A stretch of 64,000 nt of DNA from the human T2T-CHM13v2.0 reference genome, Homo sapiens, in NCBI RefSeq assembly GCF_009914755.1, contig NC_060948.1, one strand, 5' to 3'. The notes beneath the pieces were generated by a model that saw only the letters and a program-made list of their open reading frames with translations, was not told where the DNA came from and searched no databases. This document shows positions 40,252-56,559 of this stretch, piece after piece. The position numbers were made by a program, and so were the translations under genes. Numbering within the stretch: position 1 is the first letter of the stretch; every line of letters starts with the position of its first letter.

Positions 40252-42356
40252 AGATCCATATTTTTTAAATGAAAAAAAATTTCAAAGGTACTCTGCTTGG
40301 TACAATAATCAAATGTATAAACTGAGGAATAAAACATAACCATGAAACCTACTTATAACTGCATATGGAAAATACAGAGGATAATTTTTTAAATAACATA
40401 TTTTGAAAGCCTTAACTAGTAATTTGAAGAGTTGGCATTTGAAAGGCCAGTATGAATATACCTTCAAAGCAGCAACACAGGTTCCCCATGAGAAAAAGCA
40501 AACACAGGGAAAATAAAAACACAAAGGTTCAATCTCTTCTGACCTTTGAAAGACACAGCACAGACAGTGGTCCTTAGGACGAAGAGCAGGAGACCCCTAA
40601 TTCCGTCACCATGGCGATAGGGCATAAACATTGCTGGGTGAGGGCACAATCCACATTGTGAGGTCCAACTGCTGCCAGGAAGACAGGAGTGCTTTTACAT
40701 AGACCGAAAGGTCATTGAAGGCTCAGAGTTTTGTTTCAAGAACTGAATCCCAAGCCCACACGTTATTAGGCTGCGCTTCTTAAAACAAGTTATGAGATGG
40801 GAAAAAGGGCACCCACAAACATACGTATACATTATGTATATAATAATATACAGTATCATATATATAATATATATAACCTATGTATAATATTGTTTTACCT
40901 CCTGCATCCTATGTTATATATATTGTATAAAATATAATAATTGATAATATATAAGTTTTATAATTATACAATATGACATATAGTATATATTATAATTTAT
41001 GACATATATAATATATGTTATATATCATATATACAATATATTATATGGTTAATATACGTATTAAATATAAATTATACATTATATATATTATATATAATAT
41101 ATCTGTTATATATAATACCCATTATGCATAATATATATATTATGTCTATGTTATATATAGTATAAAACAACATATAATAATATATAATTGTATATATAAA
41201 ATGCGACATATAATATATATTATATTTTATGATATATGTAATATATATTATATATTATATATAATACGTTGTACGTATAATAACTATATTAAATATATAT
41301 TATATGACTATGTTATTAATTACATGTCACATGTGTTATATATTATATATTTTACATAGAATATACCGGTTACATACAATATATACTATGTTACCTATAA
41401 TGTATAATTGATTACATGTAAAATAAAGAATGCAATATATTATGAATAATTTATAATATACAATATGTGGAATGTGATATATATAACATATAATATATGA
41501 TATATGATATACAGTATATGATATATAACATACAATATATGATACCTAACATATATGGTATACAATATATATTTTATGATATGTATTCTATATGTTTTAT
41601 ATTCTGTTGTATATAACTATTTGAAATTATATATAACTGTATAATATTTTATGTAAATATGTAATATAATATATATAACTATATAATATATTATATATAA
41701 CTATATATTATGTTATATATACTTTTATAACATAATTTACATAAAATATCATAATATAATATATATTATATTATTTCATATTACATAATATATCTTACAT
41801 ATCACCCAATATAAGTAACATACATAATATTATAATATAGATTATATTATGTTATATTAAATATCATATATATCATGTATCATATATTCTATAATATATA
41901 TTATACATTATATAATATGTATGTTGTCTATAATGTGATATATATAACTATATATATAATTATATTATTATACATATAACTAGATAAACATGTAATTCTA
42001 CATATTTTCATTTATAATATATAGAATTATATAATCATATATAATTATTTATATTCTATAAAATATTATATCATTATATAAATTATAATATATAAAAATT
42101 ATAATATGTACTACAAATATATATATTATATATCATATATGATATAGTACCTTTGTTATATATCATAATACATATAAATGTGTATTATGTTATCTATAAT
42201 TATATAATTTCATATATAAGATGTATAATATGTATCATATATTATATATGTTATGTAATATATATAGTATACATAAGATGACACAGGATAAATATTATAT
42301 ACTATGACATATAAAATATATGAGGTTATATGTTACATATAAGGCATAGCACATAA

Positions 42357-42671
<315 letters not shown>

Positions 42672-44500
42672 AGATCCATATTTTTTAAATGAAAAAAAAT
42701 TTCAAAGGTACTCTGCTTGGTACAATAATCAAATGTATAAACTGAGGAATAAAACATAACCATGAAACCTACTTATAACTGCATATGGAAAATACAGAGG
42801 ATAATTTTTTAAATACCATATTTTGAAAGCCTTAACTAGTAATTTGAAGAGTTGGCATTTGAAAGGCCAGTATGAATATTCCTTCAGAGCAGCAACACAG
42901 GTTCCCCATGAGAAAAAGCAAACTCAGGGAAAATGAAACCACAAAGGTTCAATCTCTTCTGACCTTTGAAAGACACAGCACAGACAGTGGTCCTTAGGAC
43001 GAAGAGCAGGAGACCCCTAATTCCGTCACCATGGCGATAGGGCATAAACATTGCTGGGTGAGGGCACAATCCACATTGTGAGGTCCAACTGCTGCCAGGA
43101 AGACAGGAGTGCTTTTACATAGACCGAAAGGTCATTGAAGGCTCAGAGTTTTCTTTCAAGAACTGAATCCCAAGCCCACACGTTATTAGGCTGCGCTTCT
43201 TAAAACAAGTTATGAGATGGGAAAAAGGGCACCCACAAACATACGTATACATTATGTATATAATAATATACAGTATCATATATATAATATATATAACCTG
43301 TATATAATATTGTTTTACATCCTGCATCTTATATTATATATATTGTGTAAAATATAATAATTGATAATATATAAGTTTTATATTTATACAATATGACATA
43401 TAGTATATATTATAATTTATGACATATATAATATATGTTATATATAATATATAGAATATATTATACGGTTAATATACGTATTAAATATAAATTATACATT
43501 ATATATATTATATATAATATATCTGTTATATATAATACCCATTATACATAATATATATATTATGTCTATGTTTTATATAGTATAAACCAACATATAATAA
43601 TATATAATTGTATATATAAAATGTGACATATAATATATATTATATTTTATGACATATGTAACATGTATTATATATTATATATATTACGTTGTATGTATAA
43701 TACCTATATTAAATATATATTATATGACGATGTTATTAATTACATGTCACATATGTTATATATTATATATTTTACATGGAATATACCGGTTACATATAAT
43801 ATATACTATGTTACCTATAATGTATAATTTATTACATGTAATATAATGAATGTCATATATTATATATAATTTATAATATACAATATGTGGAATGTGATAT
43901 ATATAACATATATGATATATGATATAAAGTATATCATATATAACATACAATATATGATACGTAATATATATGGTATACAATATATATTTTATGATATGTA
44001 TTCTATATGTTTTATATTCTGTTATATATAACTATTTGAAATTATATATAACTGTATAATATTTTATGTAAATATGTAATATAATATATATAACTATATA
44101 ATATATTATATATAACTATATTTTATGTTATATATACTTTTATAACATAATTTACATAAAATATAATAATATAAAATATATTATATTATTTCATATTACA
44201 TAATATATATTCAATATCACCCAATATAAGTAACATACATACTATTAAAATATAGATTATATTATGTTATATTAAATATCATATATATCATGTATCATAT
44301 ATTCTATAATATATATTATGCATTATATAATATGCATGTTGTCTATTATGTGATATATATAACTATATATATAATTGTATTATTATACATATAACTATAT
44401 AAACATGTAATTCTATATATTTTCATTTATAATATATAGAATTATATAATCATAATTATTTATATTCTATAAAAAATTATATCATTATATAAATTATAAT

Positions 44501-44530
44501 GAGATGGGAAATAGGGCACACACAAACATA
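44501..44530. repeat. Orphan terminal remnant of HSATI in an internally deleted DYZ2 unit
   Basis: AAATTATAAT is joined directly to GAGATGGGAAATAGGGCACACACAAACATA; the Alu and most of HSATI are absent. Confidence 0.9.
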
Positions 44531-46060
44531 CGTATACATGATGTATATAATAATATACAGTATCATATATATAACATATATAACCTATGTATAATATTGT
44601 TTTACATCCTGCATCTTATATTATATATATTGTATATAATATAATAATTGATAATATATAAGTTTTATATTTATACAATATGACATTTAATATATATTAT
44701 ATTTTATAACATATATAATATATATTATATATCATATATAATATATTATATGGTTAATATACGTATTAAATATAAAATATATATTATAAGTATTATATAT
44801 AGTGTACCTAAGTTATATATAATATACCCTATATATAATATATATATTATGTCTATGTTATATATAGTATAAAACAACATATAATAATATATAATTTTGT
44901 ATATAAAATATGACATATAATATATATTATATTTTATGACCTGTATAATTTATATTATATATTATATACAATACGTTGTATGTATAATATATATATTAAA
45001 TATATATTATATGACTATGTTATTAATTATATGTCATATATGTTATATATTATATATTTTACATAGAATATACTGGTTATATATAATATATACTATGTTA
45101 CATATAATGTATAATTTATTACATATAATATAATGTATGTCATATATTATATATAATTTATAATATACAATATGTGGAATATGATATATATAACATATAA
45201 TATATGATATATGATATACAATATATGATATATAATATACAATATATGATACATTATATATATGGTATACAATATATATTTTATGATATGTATTATATAT
45301 GTTTTATATTATGTTATATATAAGTATGTGAAATAATATATAACTGTATAATATTTTATGTAAATATGTAATATAATATATATAACTATGAAATATATTA
45401 TATATAACTATAAATTATGTCTTATATAGTTTTATTACACTTTACATAAAATATCATAATATAATATATATTATATTATTTTATATTACATAATATATAT
45501 TATATATCACATAATATAAGTTACATACATAATATTAAAATATAGATTATATTATGATGTATTAAATATCATATATATCATGTATCATATATTGTATAAT
45601 ATATATTATACATTTTATATTATATATGTTGTCTATTATGTGATATATATAATTATATATATAATTACATTATTATACATATAACTACATAAAGATGTAA
45701 TTCCATATGTTTTCATTTACAGTATATATAATTATATAATCATATATATTTATTTATATTCTAGAAAAAATTATATCATTATATAAATAATAATATATAA
45801 AAATTATAATATGTACTAAAATATATATATTATATATCATATATGATATAGTATATTTGTTATATATCATATTACATATAACTATATATTATGTTATCTA
45901 TAATAATATATTTTCATATATAAGATGTATAATATGTATTATATATTATAAATGTTATGTAATATATATAGTATACATAAGATGACACAGGATAAATATT
46001 ATATACTATGACATATAAAATATATGAGGTTATATGTTACATATAAGGCATAGCACATAA

Positions 46061-46375
<315 letters not shown>

Positions 46376-48472
46376 AGATCCATATTTTTTAAATGAAAAA
46401 AAATTTCAAAGGTACTCTGCTTGGTACAGTAATCAAATCTATAAACTGAGGAATAAAACATAACCGTGAAACATACTTATAACTGCATATGGAAAATACA
46501 GAGTATAATTTTTTAAAATAACATATTTTGAAAGCCTTAACTAGTAATTTGAAGAGTTTGCATTTGAAAGGCCAGTATGAATATACCTTCAAAGCAGCAA
46601 CACACGTTCCAAATGAGAACAATCAAACTCAGGGAAAATAAAACCACAAATGTTCACTCTGTTCTGACCTTTGAAAAACACAGCACAGACAGTGGCACTT
46701 AGGACCAAGAGCAGGAGATCCCTAATCCCGTCACCATGGCGATAGGGCATAAACATTGCGGGGTGAGGGCACAATGCACATTGTGAGGTCCAATTGCTGC
46801 CAGGAAGACAGGAGTGCTTTTACATAGACCGAAAGGTCATTGAAGGCTCAGATTTTCGTTTCAAAAACTGAATCCCAAGCCCACACGTTATTATGCTGCG
46901 CTTCTTAAAACAAGTTATGAGAAGGGAAATAGGGCACCCACAACATACGTATATAGTATGTATATAATAATATACACTATCATATATATAATATATATAA
47001 CCTATGTATAATATTGTTTTACATCCTGCATCTTATATTATATATATTATATGTAATATAATAATTGATAATATATAAGTTTATATTTATACAATATGAC
47101 ATATAATATATATTATATTTTATGACATATATAATATAGATTATATATCATATATAGAATATACTATACGGTTAATATACGTATTAAATATATAATATAC
47201 ATTATATATATTATATCTACGTTATATATAACATTAACTATAGATAATATATATATTATATCTATCTTATATATAATATAAAATAACAGATAATTATATA
47301 TAATTGTATATATAAAATATGACATATAATATATATTATATTTTATGACATATATATCATATATATTATATATTATATATAATATGTTGTATGTATAATA
47401 CATATATTATATATATATTATAAGTCTAAATTATTAATTATATGTAATATATGTTATATATTACATATTTTACATTTCATACACATGTTACATACAATAT
47501 ATACTATGTTACATGTTACCTAGAATTTATTATATATAATATAATGTATGTCATATATTATATATACTTTATAGTATGCAATATGTGGAATGTGATATAT
47601 ATAACATGTAATATATGATATATGATATACGATATATGATATATAATATACAATATATGATACATTTTATATATGGTATACAATATATATTTTATGATAT
47701 ATATTATATATGTTTTATATTATATTATACATAACCATTTAATTATATATAATTCTATAATACTGTAGGTAAATATATAATATAATACATATAACCATAT
47801 ATTATGTTATTTATAATTTTATTACGTACATTCAATAATATATCATAATATAATATATATTATATTATATTATTTTATATTACATAATATATATTATATA
47901 TCACATAGTATGTGTTACATACATAATATTTAAATATATATTACATTGTGATATATTAAATATTATATATATTATGTATGCTATACTGTATAATATATAT
48001 TATATATTATATAATATGCAGGGTGTCTATTATATGATATATATTATAATATATATAATTATATTATACATATAACGATATAAATATGTAATTATATTTA
48101 ACATTATTTATATTACATATAGTTATATAATCATATATAATAATTTATATTATAAAAATAATTATATCATTATATAAATTATAGTATATATAAATTATAA
48201 TATGTGATAAATAATATATATTATATATCATATATGATATAGCATATATGTTATATATCATATTATATATCAATTTACGTTATGATATCTATAATTATAT
48301 ATTTTCATATATAAGATGTATAATATGAATTATATATTATATATGTTATTAAATATATACTTTATATAAAATGACACAGGATAAATGTTATATATTATGA
48401 CATATGATATATATGCGGTTATATATTATATATGAAGCATATTACATAACATATAATATATATCATATATAA

Positions 48473-48764
<292 letters not shown>

Positions 48765-50237
48765 AGATCTATATTTTTTAAATGAAAAAAAATTTCAAAG
48801 TTATTCTGCTTGGTACAATAATCAAATATATAAACTGAGGGTTAAAACATAACCTTGGAACATATTTATAAGTGCATATGGAAAATACAGAGGATAATTT
48901 TTTAAATAACATATTTTGAAAGCCTTAACTAGTAATTTGAAGAGTTGGCATTTGAAAGGCCAGTATGAATATACCTTCAAAGCAGCAACACAGGTTCCCC
49001 ATGAGAAAAATCAAACTTAGGGAAAATAAAACCACAAAGGTTCAATCTTTTCTGACCTTTGAAAGACACAGCACAGACAGTGGTCCTTAGGACGAAGAGC
49101 AGGAGACCCCTAATTCCGTCACCATGGCGATAGGGCATAAACATTGCTGGGTGAGGGCACAATCCACATTGTGAGGTCCAACTGCTGCCAGGAAGACAGG
49201 AGTGCTTTTACATAGACCCAAAGGTCATTGAAGGCTCAGTGTTTTGTTTCAAAAACTGAATCCCAAGCCCACACGTTATTATGCTGTGCTTCTTAAAAAA
49301 AGTTATGAGATGGGAAATAGGGCACCCACAATTATATCTATACATTATGTATATAATAATATATAGAATCATATATATAATATATGTAACATATATATAT
49401 AATACTGTTTTACATCCTGCAGTTATATTATATATATTATATGTATTATAATAACTGGTAATGTATAAGTATTATATTTATACACTATGACATATAATAA
49501 TTATATTTTATGCCGTATATAATATATATTATATATCATATACCAAATATATTATATGGTTAATATACGTATTAAATATATAATATACATTATAAATATT
49601 ATATCTACGTTATATATAACATTCACTATAGTTAATATATATATTATATCTAGCTTATATATAATATAAAATAACATATAATAATATATAACTGTATATA
49701 TAAAATATGACATATAATATATATTATATTTTATGACATATATATGATATGTATTATATATTATATATAATATGTTGTAAGTATAATACATGTATTAAAT
49801 ATATATTATATGTCTATGTTATTAATTATATGTAATATATGTTACATATTACATATTTGATATAGAATACACATGTTACATAGAATATATTCTATGTTAC
49901 ATATAACGTAGAATTTATTATGTGTAATATAATGTATGGCATATATTATAAATTCCTTATAATATACAATATGTGGAATGTGATATATATAACTTGTAAT
50001 ATATGATATATGATATACAATATATGTTATATAACATACAATATATGATACATAATATATATGGTATAGAATATATATTTTATGTTATATATTAAATATG
50101 TTTTATATTTTATTATATATAAATATTTAAAATTATATATAACTGTATAATGTTATACGTAAATATATAATATACTACATATAACCATATATTATGTTAT
50201 ATAAAATTTTATTACATACTTTCCATAATATATCATA

Positions 50238-53016
50238 TGGACTCCTTTGGAATGGTCTAGTATGCAATGCAATCGACTGGCAGGGAATTAAAAGGAATGC
50301 AATCGAATGGATTGCACAGGAATGCAATGGACTCGAATAGATTGGAAACAGAATGCAAAGGAATGGAATGGAATAGTATGGAATGGAATGGAAAGGAATG
50401 GAGTGGAATAGACTAGAGTAGAATGGAATTTACTCGAAAGCAATGGACTGGAATAGAACTTTCTTGAATGGGCTGGAATCAAACGGAATGGAATGCTGTG
50501 CAATCAAATAGAATGAAAGAGAATCAAATCCAATCGAATGGATTGGAAAGGAATTGACTGAAATGGAATGGACTAGAATGGAAGGCAAAGGAATGGAATC
50601 TATAGGAATGGACTGTAATGGAATGGAATGGAAGGGATTGGAATGGAATCGAATGGAATGGACTGCAATAGAAAGGATTCGAATGGAATGAAAAAGAATT
50701 GAATGGAATAGAACAGAATGGAATCAAATCGAATGAAATGGAATGGAATAGAAAGGATTCGAATGGAATGCAATCGAACGGAATGGAATCGAACGGAATG
50801 GAATAAAATGGAAGAAAACTGGCAAGAAATGGAATCGAAATGAATGGAGTGTTATGGAACGGACTCAAAAGGAATTGAATGTAATAGAATGGAGTGGAGT
50901 GGACTCGAATATAATGGACTGGAATGGAATGAAATCACATGGAATGGGAACGAATGGAATGGAATGGAAAGGAATGGAATCGAATGGAAAGGAATCGAAT
51001 GGAAGGGAATGCAATTGAATCAACAGGAATGGAAGGGAATAGAATAGACGGTAATGGAATGGACTCGAATAGAATGGACACGAATGCTCAAATTGAATGG
51101 ACTCGAATGGAATGGAAACGAAAGGAATGTCATCGAATGTAATTGAATTGATTGGAATGAAATCGCATAGAATGGAGTGGAATCAAATGGAATTGAATCG
51201 AAAGGAAAGGAAGCGAATGGACTGAAATGAAATGGAATGGAATTGAATGGAAAGTAATGCAATGGAATAGAATGGAACGAAATTTCAAGGAATGGAATCA
51301 AACTGAATGGAATCAAATCAATGGAATCAAATCAAATGGAATGGAAAGGAATTGAATGGAGTAGATGGGATTGGATGGGATTGGAATGAAATGTACTGGA
51401 AAGAACTCGAATTTCATGAAACGGAATGGAATGAATTGGAACGGAATGGACTCGAATGGAATGGAATGTCATGGAATGGCATCAAATGGAATGGCATCAA
51501 ATGGAATGGAATCGAATGCAATGGAATGCTATGGAATGGAATGGAATGCATTGGAATGGAATGTCCTCTAATGGAATGGATTCGAGTGGAATGGAATCGA
51601 ATATAATGGAGTCGAATGAAATGGAATTGAAAGGAATGGTACCGAATACAATGGAATATACAGGAATGTAATGTAATGAACTCGAATGTAATTGACTGCA
51701 ATGGAATGTACATGAATGGAATGTAATCGAATGGAAAGTAATCCAATGGAATAGAATCTAATGCAATAAAATCGACTCAAATAGAGTAGAATGTAATGGA
51801 ATGGAGTGCAGTGCAATGGAATGGAATGGAATGGAATGCAGTGGAATGGAATGGAATGGAATGCAATGGAATGGAATGTATTAGAATGTAAAGAACATTA
51901 ATGGAATGTACTCGAATGGATTCGACTGGAATGGAATGTTCTGGAAGTTTATGGACTCCAATGGAATAGATTCGAAAGGAATGGAATCGAACGGAATGGA
52001 ATCTAATGGAATGGAATTAAATGGAAATGAATCAAATTGAATAGCACGGAATTGAATTGAATGGAATAGAATGCAATGTAATCTAATGAAACAGAAAGGA
52101 AAGGAATGGAATGGAATGGAATGGGCTGGAATGGAATGGAATCGAAACGAATGGAATGGAATCGAACTAAAGAGACTGGAATGGAATGCACTGGAATGGA
52201 AGGGAGTGTAATGGAAGGTTCTCGAAAAAAATGGAATCGAATGGAATGGAATTGAATGGAACGGAATAGAGTCGAATGGAATTGAATGGAATGGAATGGA
52301 CTAGAGTGAAATGGAATCGAACCACAAGGAATGGACAGGAATAGAATGGTCTCGAATTGAATGGAATCGTATGGAATGGCATCAAACGGAATGGAATGGA
52401 CAGCCACGGAATGGAATGCACTCGAATGCAATGGAGTCGAAACTAATGGACTGGAATAGAATGGACTCGACTGGTACGGACTCCAATGGAATGGAATCGA
52501 ATGGAAGGGAATCGAACGGAATGGACTCGAAGGGAAAAGACTGCAATGGAAAGGTCTCGAATGGAATGGAAATTAATGGAATGGAATGGAATCGAATGAA
52601 GTGGAGTCAAAAGGAATGGAATCGAATGGCAAGAAATCGAATGTAATGGAATCGCAAGGAATTGATGTGAACGGAACGGAATGGAATGGAATCCAAAGGA
52701 ATGGAATAGAATGGAATGGAATCAAATGGAAAGGACTCGAATGGAAATCACTCGAATAGAATGCAATTTAATAAAATAGGATCAAATGTAATGGAATGGA
52801 ATGGAAAGGAATCGAAACGAAAGGAATGGAGACAGATGGAATGGAATGGAACAGAGAGCAATGGTATAGAATGGAATGGAATCATCTGGAATGGAATTGA
52901 ATGGAATGCAATAACATGAAATGGAATGGAATGGAATGGAATGCCCTTGAATTAAATGGACTGGAATGGAATGAACTCGAACAGAGTGTAATGGAAAGTG
53001 TTGAAATAGAATGGAA
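50238..53016 (+). repeat. DYZ1 unit 1, internally deleted (2779 bp)
   Basis: Landmark spacing is 2779 bp; lacks the block seen at ~54725-55400. Confidence 0.9.
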
Positions 53017-56000
53017 TGGACTCGTTTGGAATGGTCTAGTATGCAATGCAATCGACTGGCAGGGAATCAAAAGGAATGTAATCGAATGGATTGGACTGGA
53101 ATGCAATGGACTTGAATAGATTGGAAACGGAATGCAAAGGAATGGAATGGAATAGTATGGAATGGAATGGAAAGGAATGGAGTGGAATAGACTAGAGTGG
53201 AATGGAATGGACTCAAAAGCAATGGACTGGAATGGAACTTTCTTGAATGGACTGGAATCAAACGGAATGGAATGCAATGCAATCAAATGGCATGGAATAA
53301 AATAGAATGAAAGAGAATCAAATGGAATTGAATGGAATGGAATCGAATGGATTGGAAAGGAATAGAATGGAATGGAATGGAATTGACTCAAATGGAATGG
53401 ACTAGAATGGAATGGATTCGAATGGAAGGCAAAGGAATGTAATCTATTAGAATGGACTGTAATGGAATGGAATGGAAGGGATTGGAATGGACTCGAATTG
53501 AATGGACTGCAATAGAAAGGATTCGAATGGAATGAAAAAGAATTGAATGGAATAGAACAGAATGGAATCAAATCGAATGAAATGGAATGGAATAAAAGGA
53601 ATGGAATGAAATGGAATGGAAAGGATTCGAATGGAATGCAATCGAATGGAATGGAATCGAACGGAATGGAATAAAATGGAAGAAAACTGGCAAGAAATGG
53701 AATCGAAATGAATGGAGTGTTATGGAACGGACTCAAAAGGAATTGAATGTAATAGAAATGAGTGGAGTGGACTCGAATATAATGGACTGGAATGGAATGA
53801 AATCACATGGAATGGGAACGAATGGAATGGAATGGAAAGGAATGGAATCGAATGGAAAGGAATGGAATGGAAGGGAATGAAACTGAATCAACAGGAATGG
53901 AAGGGAGTAGAATAGACGGTAATGGAATGGACTCGAATAGAATTGACACGAATGCACAAATTGAATGGACTCGAATGGAATGGAAACGAAAGGAATGTCA
54001 TAGAATGGAATTGAATCGATTGGAATGAAATCGCATAGAATGGAGTGGAATCAAATGGAATTGAATCGAAAGGAAAGGAAGCGAATGGACTGAAATGGAA
54101 TGGAATGGAATGGAAAGTAATGCAATGGAATAGAATGGAACGAAATTTCACGGAATGGAATCAAACTGAATGGAATCAAATCAATGGAATCTAATCAAAT
54201 GGAATGGAAAGGAATTGAATGGAGTAGATTGGATTGGATGGGATTGGAATGAAATGGAATGGAAAGGACTCGAATTTCATGAAAAGGAATGGAATGAATT
54301 GGAACGGAATGGACTCGAATGGAATGGAATGTCATGGAATTGCATCAAATGGAATGGCATCAAAGGGAATGGAATCGAATGCAATGGAGTGCTATGGAAT
54401 GGAATGGAATGCATTGGAATGGAATGTCCTCTAATGGAATGGATTCGAGTGGAATGGAATCGAATATAATGGAGTCGAATGAAATGGAATTGAAAAGAAT
54501 GGGATCGAATACAATGGAATATACTGGAATGTAACGTAATGAACTCGAATGTAATTGACTGGAATGGAATGTACATGAATGGAATGTAATCGAATGGAAA
54601 GTAATCCAATGGAATAGAATCTAATGCAATAAAATCGACTCAAATAGAATAGAATGCAATGGAATGGAGTGCAGTGCAATGGAATGGGATGGAATGGAAT
54701 GCAATGGAATGGAATGGAATGGAATGGAATGCAATGGGATGGAATGGTATGGAATGGATAGTAATGGACTGGAGTGAAATGGACTGGAAAGGAATGGACT
54801 CAAATTGAAATGTCTCGAAAGGAATGGAGTCAAATGGAATGGTCTGGAATGGAATGAACACGAATGTAATGCAATCCAATAGAATGGAATCGAATGGCAT
54901 GGAATATAAAGAAATGGAATCGAAGAGAATGGAAACAAATGGAATGGAATTGAATGGAATGGAATTGAATGGAATGGGAACGAATGGAGTGAAATTGTAT
55001 GCAGTAGAAGAGAATAGAATGGAATGCAAGCGAAAGGAAAGGAATGGATTGGAATGGAATGGAATTCATTGGAATGGAAGGGAATGTAGTGTAATGGACA
55101 GGCCTGGAATAAAGTGGAATGCTACGGTCTCGAATGGAATAAAAATGTATGGAATGGAATGCAATGAAACGGAATCGAATGTCATAGAATGTAATGGAAA
55201 GCAAAAAAATGGAATCCAAAATCATTGACTGGAAAGGCTGGGTGTCGAAAGGAATTGACTCCAATGGAATGGAATCGAATGGAATGGAAGTGAATAGAAT
55301 CGAACTAAATCGAATGGAATGGAATTGATAGGAACGGAATGGAAAGGAATGCAATGATTTGGCATGGAATGGAATCGAATGGCATCGAATGGAATGGAAT
55401 GGAATGCAATGGAATGGAATATATTAGAATGTAATGAACTTTAATGGAATGTACTCGAATGGATTCGACTGGAATGGAATGTTGTGGAAGTGAATGGACT
55501 CCAATGGAATGGATTCGAAAGGAATGGAATCGTACGGAATGGAATCTAATGGAATGGAATTAAATGGAAATGAATCAAATTGAATAGCACGGAATTGAAT
55601 TGAATGGAATGGAATGCAATGGAATCTAATGAAACGGAAAGGAAAGGAATGGAATGGAATGGAATGGGCTGGAATGGAAAGGAATCGAAACGAATGGAAT
55701 GGAATCGAACTGAAGAGACTGGAATGGAATGCACTGGAATGGAAGGGAGTGTAATGGAAGGTTCTCGAAAAAAATGGAATCGAATGGAATGGAATTGAAT
55801 GGAACGGAATAGAGTCGAATGGAATTGAATGGAATGGAATGGACTAGAGTGAAATGGAATCGAACCACAAGGAATGGACAGGAATAGAATGGTCTCGAAT
55901 TGAATGGAATCGTATGGAATGGCATCAAACGGAATGGAATGGACAGCCACGGAATGGAATGCACTCGAATGCAATGGAGTCGAAACTAATGGACTGGTAT

Positions 56001-56559
56001 AGAATGGACTCGACTGGTACGGACTCCAATGGAATGGAATCGAATGGAAGGGAATCGAACGGAATGGACTCGAAGGGAAAAGACTGCAATGGAAAGGTCT
56101 CGAATGGAATGGAAATTAATGGAATGGAATGGAATGGAATGAAGTGGAGTCAAAAGGAATGGAATCGAATGGCAAGAAATCGAATGTAATGGAATCGCAA
56201 GGAATTGATGTGAACGGAACGGAATGGAATGGAATCCAAAGGAATGGAATAGAATGGAATGGAATCGAATGGAAAGGACTCGAATGGAAATCACTCGAAT
56301 AGAATGCAATTTAATAAAATAGGATCAAATGTAATGGAATGGAATGGAAAGGCATGGAAACGAAAGGAATGGAGACAGATGGAATGGAATGGAACAGAGA
56401 GCAATGGTATAGAATGGAATGGAATCATCTGGAATGGAATTGAATGGAATGGAATAACATGAAATGGAATGGAATGGAATGGAATGCCCTTGAATTAAAT
56501 GGACTGGAATGGAATGGACTCGAACAGAGTGGAATGGAAAGTGTTGAGATAGAATGGAA
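53017..56559 (+). repeat. DYZ1 unit 2 (3543 bp)
   Basis: Landmark and ORF-track spacing. Confidence 0.9.
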
